Source of the DNA: a virus
Length of the DNA stretch: 64,000 bases
Virus record (IMG/VR): IMGVR_UViG_3300032116_000013
Location: 32,001-96,000 of that record
Reading direction: 5' to 3' (one strand)
The notes under the pieces were generated by a model that saw only the letters and a list, made by a program, of their open reading frames with translations, did no database searches and was not told the origin of the DNA. Positions 8,877-18,235 of this stretch are shown one piece after another. The stretch's first letter is position 1. Each line of letters begins with the position of its first letter. Position numbers and translations under genes: made by a program.

Positions 8877-10093
8877 TGTCACATTTATACAATAGAGAAG
8901 TTGATTTTATCTATCAGAGAAAGGACGCATTCGGGCGTTTGCGCGTTTCAAATCCAGTCACTCTATTTGACAGTTTCAATCGTTACATCGTGAATGACAA
9001 ATTTCACACAGCCAACAGCGCCACTGGTTCAAGCACAAGTTTCAATGCAAACACCAGCATGATTTCGATGAACGTCAATACTACTAGCGGAAATTACGTT
9101 TACAGAGAATCAAAAAGAGTTTTTGCTTATCAGCCTGGTAAATCACTTTTGATTCTAAACACATTTGTGATGAATTCTGCAAAAACTGGACTTCGTCAAA
9201 GAGTGGGTTATTTCGGATCACAAAACGGAATATTTTTTGAATTGGACGGGACAACTCTCAATATTGTGAAAAGAACAAATATTACGTCAACGCCAACTGA
9301 TAATCCAATTGCTCGCAATGACTGGAATTACGATAAACTTGACGGTAATGGTCCTTCTGGAAAAACACTTGATATTACAAAAGCGCAGATTTTCTTCATA
9401 GACATTGAATGGCTTGGAGTGGGTTCCGTTCGAACGGGATTTGTCATTGACGGCGAATACTGTTTGTGTCACACGTTTGAACACGCCAATATTCTTGCAA
9501 GCACGTACATGACAACTGCATGTCTACCAATCCGTTATGAGATTGAGAACACTGCAGGAACTTCTGGTAGTTCTACGTTGAATCAAATCTGCTCTACCGT
9601 GATTTCAGAGGGCGGTTATCAAATTACAGGCAGACCAAGATCAGTCGGTCAAGAAATAAACGCACCATATAGCATGGCTACTGCAGGAACTGCATACCCA
9701 ATCGTAGCAATGCGACTAAAAGCCGCTACGTCAGACTGTATTGTAACTCCAAGAACATTCTCATTCTTGGGACTTTCGAATGGAAACTATAAAATAAAAA
9801 TTATGAAAGATGTAACTGTCTCAGGCGGAACTTGGGTTGATTATGGCTCAGATTCGAACATAGAATATAACATAACAGGAACTTCGTTCACAGGTGGAAC
9901 AGAATTATCCTCTGCCTTCCTTTCGACCACTAACCAAGGCACAGGCGTTTTGAACCCTGTTGCTGACATTTTCACTTTCCAATTAGAGCGTAATTCATTT
10001 ACTTCTACGCCTTCAGTGTTCGTCCTCGCAGCAATCGGAAGCACCGCGACTATGTCTGCTTGCGCTGCTATTGATTGGCAAGAAATCACCTAA
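8876..10093 (+). CDS. probable virion structural protein
   Basis: 405 aa, Thr/Ser/Gly-rich; DAFGRLRVS...YQPGKS pattern. Confidence 0.65.
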   Translation: MSHLYNREVDFIYQRKDAFGRLRVSNPVTLFDSFNRYIVNDKFHTANSATGSSTSFNANTSMISMNVNTTSGNYVYRESKRVFAYQPGKSLLILNTFVMNSAKTGLRQRVGYFGSQNGIFFELDGTTLNIVKRTNITSTPTDNPIARNDWNYDKLDGNGPSGKTLDITKAQIFFIDIEWLGVGSVRTGFVIDGEYCLCHTFEHANILASTYMTTACLPIRYEIENTAGTSGSSTLNQICSTVISEGGYQITGRPRSVGQEINAPYSMATAGTAYPIVAMRLKAATSDCIVTPRTFSFLGLSNGNYKIKIMKDVTVSGGTWVDYGSDSNIEYNITGTSFTGGTELSSAFLSTTNQGTGVLNPVADIFTFQLERNSFTSTPSVFVLAAIGSTATMSACAAIDWQEIT

Positions 10094-10166
10094 TCGGTAC
10101 AGTTTTAGCATGTATATTGAGGGGCGACGTAAAACCGTCGCTTCTTTGACGTGCACCTTTCAATAC

Positions 10167-10173
10167 CTAAATA
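10167..10173 (+). promoter_or_regulatory. T4-type late promoter variant (CTAAATA)
   Basis: Upstream of the secreted-protein cluster. The same motif occurs at 831, 13457, 26186, 29076 and 45400. Confidence 0.5.
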
Positions 10174-10205
10174 TGAGAACTGTAATTATTTTTTAGGGTG
10201 TTACA

Positions 10206-10790
10206 ATGAAATTAGGGAAATTGATTTGCTTGATGGTGATTTTAGTTTCTTCGCTATCAATAGCACAGGCTCAGACGACCACTACGAATACGACTGATCC
10301 AGTGCCTATTGTGACGGAATCTACGACGACGAGTACGGTAACAACGAACTCTACGTCGGAAACGACGCTAAAATCACCGCCACCATCTGCAATTTCCCCT
10401 ACCATCAACACCTCTAACAGCGACTTATGTACATTTGGCGTTGCGGGTGCTGTCCAAACTCAAATTTTGGGTCTCTCAACAGGGACTCAAGTTCGGGATA
10501 TGAATTGCGAAATGTTGAAGAATGCCAAGACGCTATATGATATGGGAATGAAAGTCGCAGCAGTCTCCGTTATGTGTCAAGATAGAAGAGTGTTCGATGC
10601 AATGATGAATGCGGGCACTCCATGTCCATATGATGGAATGATTGGTAAAGATGCGAAGGCTGCATGGAATGATAATCCTCAAATGCAGCCTGGTGTAAAT
10701 CAGAAGAAGCGTGGAGGCATGTCGGATGAAACTAAAACATTATTGGGCACTGGCGGCGTCGCTAGTTTGCTCCTCTTACTCTTACTCTGA
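10206..10790 (+). CDS. secreted Thr-rich, Cys-containing protein with C-terminal hydrophobic tail
   Basis: Signal peptide (AQA), four Cys, terminal LLLLLL. Confidence 0.75.
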   Translation: MKLGKLICLMVILVSSLSIAQAQTTTTNTTDPVPIVTESTTTSTVTTNSTSETTLKSPPPSAISPTINTSNSDLCTFGVAGAVQTQILGLSTGTQVRDMNCEMLKNAKTLYDMGMKVAAVSVMCQDRRVFDAMMNAGTPCPYDGMIGKDAKAAWNDNPQMQPGVNQKKRGGMSDETKTLLGTGGVASLLLLLLL

Positions 10791-11604
10791 AGATCTAGTA
10801 TTCGGTCAGACGCAGAACGCAGCGTCTGCTGGATATAATTGGGTAATGAAGAATATTCTGCCTCAAGTGGCAGGATTGCAAATCAATGGCGTGGTGTATC
10901 GTTACACGGCTGAGAAGAAGCCTGAAGACGATATGCTCGTTCACATTTCAAATTTAAACGCGAAAGGCGATGGCTATATCTTTCGCAATACTGACAACTG
11001 GTCTAAATTGCCAGGAAACACGATTCAGAAGTCCGTTCCAGTTCCTATTGTTTTTGCCGATAACTGGGGCGATGGATCTATCGACGTTGAAGGAAACGGT
11101 AGAGTTCTAGACGCTTCTGTCATTTACACTTTTCAATATGATCCTTGCTTTGATCCGCAAAGCAGCCCAGCATGTCCTGGATACAAGAATCCAGAATATA
11201 ATGTTGAGACCACTGAAATTGACGATCCACTGAACGATGAATACATTCGTAAAGAGTTTGAGCGTAAAGCCTCTTTAGATGAAGAAGATGAAAAGGAAAA
11301 GCAACGCGCAAGAGCAGCGGCGAATGCCGAGCGAAGACAGAATCGTATGGAAGCAGCATTGAGTGCTGTGAATACTGCTTTACTTACCGCTGACGCCGCA
11401 GTCGCTGCACAAAACTTTTTTACTCTTGCTGAAATTCCAAGTAGTTATGAAATTACAATTCCAGGTGGAGAATATAAAGACGCAATTCGTCTAGTTGATG
11501 CAAAGTTGCCTGATAACACCAGAGCACTTCGTAACAACTTGGCGCAACAGTTACTTCATGAGCAAATGGTTGACCTTCAGTATGCTAATCTAGAAACCGA
11601 ATAG
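10726..11604 (+). CDS. secreted protein with beta-rich N-terminal and helical C-terminal parts
   Basis: Signal-peptide-like start; CFDPQSSPACPGY motif. Confidence 0.7.
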   Translation: MKLKHYWALAASLVCSSYSYSEDLVFGQTQNAASAGYNWVMKNILPQVAGLQINGVVYRYTAEKKPEDDMLVHISNLNAKGDGYIFRNTDNWSKLPGNTIQKSVPVPIVFADNWGDGSIDVEGNGRVLDASVIYTFQYDPCFDPQSSPACPGYKNPEYNVETTEIDDPLNDEYIRKEFERKASLDEEDEKEKQRARAAANAERRQNRMEAALSAVNTALLTADAAVAAQNFFTLAEIPSSYEITIPGGEYKDAIRLVDAKLPDNTRALRNNLAQQLLHEQMVDLQYANLETE

Positions 11605-11614
11605 GAGTAATTTA

Positions 11615-12121
11615 ATGTTCAAGAAATCACTAGCAATAGGATTTGTAATTGCTTTGTCTATGGTTACAAGGGCTTCTGCTGTAGAAGTTCCTATTGTTGG
11701 TAATGTTGCTGCGAAGTGCGTGATCGTTTCAGACACCTCAGGTGTTTATGGAAACCCAACCCCAGATAAACTCAGCACAGCAGCGGCAGATGGTGGCGTG
11801 CAACCAGTTGTACGTTTTGATGTATTACAGGCTAATTTTTTCAAGGCTGTAATCTCAACACCAAGAACATTCTCATCCAGCCCAGCGTTATCAGACGTTG
11901 TAAACTGGACAGGAAGCGTTTCTACTGCTCGTGTTTCTGATCCATTGATGTCAGCCTATGATACAAACAAGGTTGTATTCGATAACGTGACTGAGTTTGA
12001 TCTAACCGTTGCAGGAACCACCTGGTTCAAGGCAAGTTCAACTGCTGAATACGGTTATGATAAGGCACTTCCATCTGGAACATATCGCGCTGTGATCAAC
12101 GCAGAGTGCATCGCTAAGTAA
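11615..12121 (+). CDS. secreted pilin/fimbrial-subunit-like protein
   Basis: Signal peptide (ASA), 168 aa, beta-rich, early G-V-A-C, C-terminal G.Y.A.I.A.C. Confidence 0.5.
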   Translation: MFKKSLAIGFVIALSMVTRASAVEVPIVGNVAAKCVIVSDTSGVYGNPTPDKLSTAAADGGVQPVVRFDVLQANFFKAVISTPRTFSSSPALSDVVNWTGSVSTARVSDPLMSAYDTNKVVFDNVTEFDLTVAGTTWFKASSTAEYGYDKALPSGTYRAVINAECIAK

Positions 12122-12125
12122 TTAT

Positions 12126-12500
12126 ATGAAATATTTGTTATTTTTATTGTTCGGGTTTATGGGTATGCAGGCAGAGGGACACCAGTTCACCCCTGCATAC
12201 CCTAAACTCGAAGTATCCTATATAGATGATATACTCGTTGCTAAAATGGAGTTGTTCAACAGTAGAAACGACGTGACGTTCTACGAATTATCCGTGTTTG
12301 ATGGAAATTGGAATCCGATGCCATTCGCAACTACAGACAAAATAATTGAAGTTGGATATTTACAACGCAAGAACATTGAAATTTACGTTCGTGCTAAAGA
12401 CAAAGATAAAATTGTTTATATTTGCTCCAAATCTAAACTCAGTCCCGTTGGGGATCAGATTACGGTAATATCTTCGAGAATATGTTCGAAGGTAAAATGA
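12126..12500 (+). CDS. secreted Ig-fold or pilus-chaperone-like protein
   Basis: Signal peptide, alternating beta pattern, two C-terminal Cys. Confidence 0.45.
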   Translation: MKYLLFLLFGFMGMQAEGHQFTPAYPKLEVSYIDDILVAKMELFNSRNDVTFYELSVFDGNWNPMPFATTDKIIEVGYLQRKNIEIYVRAKDKDKIVYICSKSKLSPVGDQITVISSRICSKVK

Positions 12501-12509
12501 GGATGTTTG

Positions 12510-12941
12510 ATGAAAAATGTGATTTTATTTCTCATCATGTTCGTTATTTGCAGCGTTGGATTTGCGCAAACAAGTTCATTAAATTTGGCAATCCCTAACG
12601 CTCCGCAAAACTTTCAGTCCGATCGAATTCGTGCTGGTGAACTTGAATGTGATGCTGCAATTGGTTCGGCGACCAACGTTGAATTCGGCGTTGTTGGAAT
12701 TATCAATAATGGAAGTCCATATGATAATCTATCAAACAATGTGATCGTGAATCCGAATATGTCGAGCCAGTTAGTAAAAGACGTCGGTGTGTACGCAAGA
12801 ATTACCATTCCCATCGGCGCACCAAAGCAGCGATTAAATTGTAATATTCTTTATGAGTTGGAATTAGAAAAGAAACGATTGGAAGTTTTCAAATTGAGAC
12901 AAGAAGTTGAAAGGCTAAAAAATCTAAAGTTTGAGAACTAA
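12510..12941 (+). CDS. secreted protein with C-terminal coiled coil
   Basis: Signal peptide (GFA); two Cys; LELEKKRLEV coiled coil. Confidence 0.7.
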   Translation: MKNVILFLIMFVICSVGFAQTSSLNLAIPNAPQNFQSDRIRAGELECDAAIGSATNVEFGVVGIINNGSPYDNLSNNVIVNPNMSSQLVKDVGVYARITIPIGAPKQRLNCNILYELELEKKRLEVFKLRQEVERLKNLKFEN

Positions 12942-12942
12942 A

Positions 12943-13452
12943 ATGGCAAAAAACCTAGACGAAAAAGTAGATGAGTTAGAAGCCGCTGTTGATCCGAACA
13001 CGGTCATTAGTATTGGCGGTTACAGTTTCACTCCAGCCAAACTCACGATCGCCGCTGGTATCGTTTCATCTGTCTTGGGTGGTCTTTACGGCATTTTTGA
13101 GTTTTACAAAGACTACATGGACATGAAACAGCAGATTCAAGAATACGTCGCCCCAGACCTATCTGGCATTCAAGAACGCCTGACCGAACTCGAAACAAGA
13201 ATCGAGAATACCGAAACGCTAGTCGCCGAGACCAACGATTACGTCGGTGAAATCCGCACCGATCTAAAGAACGATATCCGAGATATTCAAGCGACCGTAG
13301 ACCTAGCAGACCGTCGAAACAGAGAACTCGAAAGAGAGGTTCTGACGTCAATTCGCTCCATCGACAAGGAAAACGACGCCAATCTGAAGGCGTTGGAAAA
13401 GAAGGTCGATGAGAAGATTCAGAAGGCTCTGGACAATCCTTTAGCCAATTGA
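12943..13452 (+). CDS. single-TM coiled-coil protein
   Basis: One TM followed by long heptad repeats. Confidence 0.7.
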   Translation: MAKNLDEKVDELEAAVDPNTVISIGGYSFTPAKLTIAAGIVSSVLGGLYGIFEFYKDYMDMKQQIQEYVAPDLSGIQERLTELETRIENTETLVAETNDYVGEIRTDLKNDIRDIQATVDLADRRNRELEREVLTSIRSIDKENDANLKALEKKVDEKIQKALDNPLAN

Positions 13453-13522
13453 AAACCTAAATAAAAGAAGATAATGTCTCTGTAATGGATAGTTGATTTA
13501 TTGGCTTTCCCAGGAGACAACT

Positions 13523-13747
13523 ATGAGTTTATTAGCAGGTCTACGATCAATGGTCGCTGACGGGTGTGACGGTTCCGTTTCATCCAAGCGTGTTATTACT
13601 GCATTGGCAACCTTTCTAGTTGCCCTAGCGTTTTTGTTAAATATGTTTTTTGGATTGACTGTAGATAAGAATATGTACGATTCTATGATGATGATTGTTA
13701 TTGCTGGTTTGGGTACTACTGTTGCAGAGAAATTTGCTAAAAAATAA
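13523..13747 (+). CDS. small two-TM protein, holin candidate
   Basis: Two TMs, basic C-terminus, AGGAG RBS. Confidence 0.5.
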   Translation: MSLLAGLRSMVADGCDGSVSSKRVITALATFLVALAFLLNMFFGLTVDKNMYDSMMMIVIAGLGTTVAEKFAKK

Positions 13748-13764
13748 TATATTAGGAGTTTAAA

Positions 13765-14019
13765 ATGGGTACATTACTTGTTGTAGTATTGGTTGCTGTT
13801 GCTGCTTGGGTTGTCTGGAAACTATGGAAGAAGCCTGATCTCAATAACGATGGCGCATTCGATTCCAAGGACGTGGTTGCTGCTGTCAAGGAAGTCGCCG
13901 CTGAAGCCAAGGAAGAAGCCGTTGCCGTTGTCGCAAAGACAGAAGAAGCGGTAACTGAAGTGGTTGAAAAGGCTAAGAAGGCTCGTAAGCCACGCGCACC
14001 AAAGAAGAAAGCAGAGTAA
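13765..14019 (+). CDS. membrane-anchored protein with basic tail
   Basis: N-terminal TM, DLNNDG loop, KKARKPRAPKKK. Confidence 0.7.
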   Translation: MGTLLVVVLVAVAAWVVWKLWKKPDLNNDGAFDSKDVVAAVKEVAAEAKEEAVAVVAKTEEAVTEVVEKAKKARKPRAPKKKAE

Positions 14020-14438
14020 TGCGTTACTTTATTGCATCCACACTTCTAGCGTTCTCAAGTGTAGCAAACGCCAATCCTTACGATTGGAAAATCATCAAAG
14101 TAGCCGATGGCGATACAGTGGTGTTCGAAGCACCATTTATGCCAGCACCACTCAAACCGCAACTCAGTTTGCGCGTTCTTGGTGTTGACACTCCAGAAAA
14201 AGGTGCACGTGCTGGATGCCCATCGGAAGCCGCTGCCGCTGAAAAGGCAAGCGCATTTACCAAAAATCTTGTCGCTAATGCTAAAAAGATTCAAATTGAA
14301 TTGAAAGAGCATGACAAGTTTGGCGGTCGTGTGTTGGGTGACGTGATTATTGATGGTCAGAAACTTTCTGAACTATTGATTAAAAATGGTCACGCTCGTG
14401 CATACTTTGGCGAAAAGAAAGCCAGTTGGTGCGAATAA
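14019..14438 (+). CDS. thermonuclease (SNase-like), secreted
   Basis: VADGDT, LRVLGVDTPE, DKFGGRVLG, GHARAY; signal peptide. Confidence 0.9.
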   Translation: MRYFIASTLLAFSSVANANPYDWKIIKVADGDTVVFEAPFMPAPLKPQLSLRVLGVDTPEKGARAGCPSEAAAAEKASAFTKNLVANAKKIQIELKEHDKFGGRVLGDVIIDGQKLSELLIKNGHARAYFGEKKASWCE

Positions 14439-14608
14439 TGTACATCTTCGCGCAAGTTGCGGTTCCGTTCATTTGGATTCTTCGTTTACTTGCGGAATTG
14501 TTCCGAGGGTTATCAAATGGCTTTTTCTGGCTGTATGATAAATTCCTCGGAGCAAGCATTTGGCTGAATGATATCACTGAGGCTGAAGTCTGGCCAAAGG
14601 ATTAATCT

Positions 14609-15160
14609 ATGTTGATTCCATTACCTTATAAGATCCTCGCAGTCGTTCTTATCGTTGGCGGCGCATTTGCCGCTGGATACAAAAAAGGCATTGCTCAAGG
14701 TGAAGTGGAAATTCAAAGAGCGGCAAACGAAGCAGAAGAACTTTCTATCGCTCTAAAGAAAGAGCAAGCAATGATTCGTGAAGTTGTCAAGGTCGAATAC
14801 GTCGACCGCATCACGAAGATAAAAGAAAAAGAAACGAAGATCATCGAAGCAGCAACCGACACCGTTCCTGGACAGTATGACTTGTCGAACGGTTGGGTTC
14901 ACACGCATAACGCAGCAGCATCACCATCGCTTGAACTTGATCTAAATCTTGCCGCTGATGCAAGCAGTTCATTTGTAAGAGACAACTCAGCACTTATAAC
15001 TGTAACGCAAAACTATGCAATTTGCTTACAAAACGCGCAGCAATTAACTTCACTTCAGAAGTATATCATCGAAGTAAATAATAAGATTGACGAAGAGAAC
15101 GAAAAGCGCGGAATAAATATTAAACTTCCTGATTTACCATGGAAGAAGAAGGAGGGATGA
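14609..15160 (+). CDS. i-spanin (Rz-like) candidate
   Basis: N-terminal TM plus coiled coil, followed by an overlapping lipoprotein gene. Confidence 0.65.
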   Translation: MLIPLPYKILAVVLIVGGAFAAGYKKGIAQGEVEIQRAANEAEELSIALKKEQAMIREVVKVEYVDRITKIKEKETKIIEAATDTVPGQYDLSNGWVHTHNAAASPSLELDLNLAADASSSFVRDNSALITVTQNYAICLQNAQQLTSLQKYIIEVNNKIDEENEKRGINIKLPDLPWKKKEG

Positions 15161-15336
15161 TGAAATACCTTCTAGTGATTTTACTTTCATTCAGCCTCGC
15201 TGGTTGTGCAAAACAACTCACGAGATTGATGCCAAAACTTGAAAAATTGGAACCGCCAGCAGAATTGATGGTTCCACCGAAAGATTTGAAAATTATAGAA
15301 AAACCTACGGAGAAACCAAATGGCGACAACTTATAA
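15157..15336 (+). CDS. o-spanin (Rz1-like) lipoprotein candidate
   Basis: Lipobox LAG-C, Pro-rich PPAELMVPP. Confidence 0.65.
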   Translation: MMKYLLVILLSFSLAGCAKQLTRLMPKLEKLEPPAELMVPPKDLKIIEKPTEKPNGDNL

Positions 15337-15649
15337 ATGGGATTTTTATGCATTTGATGTTGCACCTTCAGAAAATGGATATACTGATTTGATTAAATCT
15401 ATAAGTTGGAAGATGATAGCCAATAACGGAACTCATCAGTGCGAAATGCATTCTAAGTTGCCACTAGAATACCCTAATCCTGAAAATTTTATTGCATTTG
15501 AAAATTTAACTGAAGAACAAGTTATTTCTTGGGCAGAAAGTAAAGTTAATGTTGCAGATTTTAAATCTTCTTTGGATTATAGTTTAGAATTGCTCACTAA
15601 TCCTCCGATAGTAACAAAACAAGCACCATGGAATTCTACTTCACCATAA
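15320..15649 (+). CDS. conserved phage hypothetical protein
   Basis: TTYKW...FIAFENLTEEQVISW pattern. Confidence 0.65.
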   Translation: MATTYKWDFYAFDVAPSENGYTDLIKSISWKMIANNGTHQCEMHSKLPLEYPNPENFIAFENLTEEQVISWAESKVNVADFKSSLDYSLELLTNPPIVTKQAPWNSTSP

Positions 15650-15655
15650 TCTAAA

Positions 15656-15856
15656 ATGTCGCATCTGAGTAATAGCGGCTGTAATTATTTCACGCACCTA
15701 TTCCGTGCGTGGAAGTGGGCATTCATTTTGATTGTTCATGGCTTGTTTCCTTTTATTTGGGAAACAAAGGCGAGTGATGAGATTTGCAAAGATAAAAATA
15801 AAAGAGCGAGAGCATATCTCCTAAAAAATCACTACGGGATAGAAGAAAATGATTGA
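15656..15856 (+). CDS. small hypothetical protein
   Basis: YFTH...ILIVHGLFPF; in-operon spacing. Confidence 0.6.
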   Translation: MSHLSNSGCNYFTHLFRAWKWAFILIVHGLFPFIWETKASDEICKDKNKRARAYLLKNHYGIEEND

Positions 15857-16193
15857 TTTCGAGGCAAGACTATTGAAAATAGAATCAGATATGGCTGCAA
15901 TGAAAGAGAAGGTTTCTTTCTTCACAGTCATTTATGATAAGTTTGACAAAACTTTAGACAAGTTAGATCAAAGAACTATTGAAGATAAAAAAGAACTTCA
16001 TGATATGATGGACGAATTGCGTTCAGATATTATGACTGAAATAAAAGCAATGCGCGCTGAAGTTGCTGATCAACATCTAGCGCAAGCGAAGAAGATAGAA
16101 GATTTAAACAAGTGGCGTTGGGTTGTAATGGGCGGTGCAGTTGTAGTTGGTTGGGTCCTATCAAAATTAGGGTTGCCTTTTCCTATCAAATAG
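15849..16193 (+). CDS. coiled-coil protein with C-terminal TM
   Basis: Heptads followed by KWRWVVMGGAVVVG. Confidence 0.7.
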   Translation: MIDFEARLLKIESDMAAMKEKVSFFTVIYDKFDKTLDKLDQRTIEDKKELHDMMDELRSDIMTEIKAMRAEVADQHLAQAKKIEDLNKWRWVVMGGAVVVGWVLSKLGLPFPIK

Positions 16194-16235
16194 TGTATAA
16201 TATAAATCCGTTGGTGTCATTATGATTTTATCTAT

Positions 16236-17297
16236 ATGTCTGTTTATATTGATCGCAAGTATTTGTCTTTTGTATCCACGCGATTAGAGCAGTTCAAGCA
16301 AAAGCAAACTGACCTGTATAATTTCCGTTGCCCATATTGCGGTGATTCCAAGAAGAACAAACTGAAGGCGCGTGGCTATGTTTATCGCAAGTCCAACGAC
16401 TATTTCTTCGTCTGTCACAATTGCAGCAAGTCAACAACTTTTGGAAAATTCCTCGAAAGTATTGATGGCGCAACCTACAAGCAATATGCCCTCGAAAGAT
16501 ACAGCAACGGGGAAACAAAACAGCACAACTACAAGAAGCCCGATTTTGCCGAACTCAAAGGCAATGCGTTCAGCCACTTCCAGTCCACAAGAAGTGGAGA
16601 GGCAACTGAGAAATTGGCGAAAAAATGGAACGAAACTTCACTTGATAGTGTAGAAAAACTACCCTCCGACCACTACGCCAGAGCCTATATAGAAAAGAGG
16701 CGAATTCCTAGCAAGTTTTGGAACGAGATATTTTTCGTTTCAAAATTCAAGGATTTTCTCGACTCTGAATTCCCAAATCACGGCAAAGACGAGGTCCCAA
16801 ACGACGATCGTATTGTACTCTTTTACACTAACGAAAAGGGTGAGATTACAAACGTCGCTGGCAGAGCCTTGTCTGACACCAAGATTCGGTATGTTACGAT
16901 AAAGGTTTCAGATGAGAAGAAGGTGTTTGGATTGCATCGCTTGCGCAAGCAAGAACGTATCTACGTCTTGGAAGGACAGTTTGATTCTTATTTTGTTGAG
17001 AATAGCGTTGCCAGCGGCGATAGTAATTTGGGCGGCGTGGCAGCAGTTCTTCCAGAGTTAGATGTTGTTCTTGTTTATGATAATGAGCCACGAAATCGTG
17101 ACATCGTAAAACAAATTGAAAAATCTGTTGATCTTGGTCACGCGGTTTGTCTTTTTCCTGAGAGTGTAAAAGGAAAAGACGTCAATGAAATGATACAGAA
17201 TGGCTTTACTTCAGACGAAATAAAAAGTATAATAGATACAAATACGGTCAAAGGTTTAGTAGCCAAATTGAGGCTATCGAGTTGGAGAAGGTGCTGA
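16236..17297 (+). CDS. gp61: T4-like DNA primase
   Basis: CPYCGDS...CHNC zinc finger, VLEGQFDS and DNEPRN TOPRIM motifs. Upstream TTGCCT-17-TATAAT promoter. Confidence 0.92.
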   Translation: MSVYIDRKYLSFVSTRLEQFKQKQTDLYNFRCPYCGDSKKNKLKARGYVYRKSNDYFFVCHNCSKSTTFGKFLESIDGATYKQYALERYSNGETKQHNYKKPDFAELKGNAFSHFQSTRSGEATEKLAKKWNETSLDSVEKLPSDHYARAYIEKRRIPSKFWNEIFFVSKFKDFLDSEFPNHGKDEVPNDDRIVLFYTNEKGEITNVAGRALSDTKIRYVTIKVSDEKKVFGLHRLRKQERIYVLEGQFDSYFVENSVASGDSNLGGVAAVLPELDVVLVYDNEPRNRDIVKQIEKSVDLGHAVCLFPESVKGKDVNEMIQNGFTSDEIKSIIDTNTVKGLVAKLRLSSWRRC

Positions 17298-17298
17298 A

Positions 17299-17553
17299 AT
17301 GAGTAACAATCTATCAGATTTGGGAATGGAGATCGTCAATCATCCTATTCTAAAAGTAAGATTACAATTTCACGCAGGTAAGTGGTACGTTGAGTATCAG
17401 CGCAAGCCAAAATATTTTTTTGACAAGTGGTGGTGGTTCGATGACAGCACGTTCACCGAATACAATGATGCATTTGTCAGAGCACAAACATTAGCAGCAC
17501 AAGGTGCAGTAAAAGAATTACAGCATAAGAAGCCAACAATATTTTTGACGTAA
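17299..17553 (+). CDS. hypothetical protein
   Basis: ORF tightly packed between primase and thyX. Confidence 0.6.
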   Translation: MSNNLSDLGMEIVNHPILKVRLQFHAGKWYVEYQRKPKYFFDKWWWFDDSTFTEYNDAFVRAQTLAAQGAVKELQHKKPTIFLT

Positions 17554-17562
17554 GGATTTATT

Positions 17563-18225
17563 ATGAAAGTAAAATTGATTTCGTATTCTAAACCAGTTTT
17601 AGAGGGATTGGAGACACCAACGGACCTTGTTGCTTTTTGCGCAAGAGTTTCCAATCCCTCTAATCAATTTAATAATGAGACCGCAGAAAAACTCATCAAG
17701 TATTTGATCAAGCATCAGCATTGGTCACCACTTGAACTCTGCAACGTTGTTCTTGAAATTGAAACGACACGCGACATTGCTCGCCAAATTTTGCGTCATC
17801 GCAGTTTTTCGTTTCAAGAATTTTCTCAGCGTTATGCTGATCCGACAAACGATCTAAAATTTGTAACACGTCAAGCACGTTTACAAGATCCGAAGAATCG
17901 ACAGAACTCTATTGCTGATGGTGTTGATATCATGTTGCAATATGAATGGGATGCACGTCAACGTGATCTGATTGCACTCGCAGAAACCACTTACCGTTGG
18001 GCTGTAAGAAACGGTATTGCAAAAGAACAAGCACGCGCTGTTCTTCCAGAAGGATTAATTATGTCTCGGATGTACATGAACGGAACATTAAGATCCTGGA
18101 TTCACTATATACAACTCCGTAGTGCTAACGGCACTCAACTGGAACACATGGAAATTGCTAAAGAATGCGCGAAAGTGATTGCTGAGGTATTTCCGCTATC
18201 GAACGAATTTATCGCACAAGAATAA
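17563..18225 (+). CDS. thyX: flavin-dependent thymidylate synthase
   Basis: HWSPLE and RHRSFSFQEFSQRY motifs. Confidence 0.95.
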   Translation: MKVKLISYSKPVLEGLETPTDLVAFCARVSNPSNQFNNETAEKLIKYLIKHQHWSPLELCNVVLEIETTRDIARQILRHRSFSFQEFSQRYADPTNDLKFVTRQARLQDPKNRQNSIADGVDIMLQYEWDARQRDLIALAETTYRWAVRNGIAKEQARAVLPEGLIMSRMYMNGTLRSWIHYIQLRSANGTQLEHMEIAKECAKVIAEVFPLSNEFIAQE

Positions 18226-18235
18226 GGAGAAAGAG

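Noticed and set aside
10117-10150. Hairpin GAGGGGCGACG/CGTCGCTTCT as a novel RNA
   Set aside because: Best explained as an ordinary terminator-like hairpin between two transcription units.
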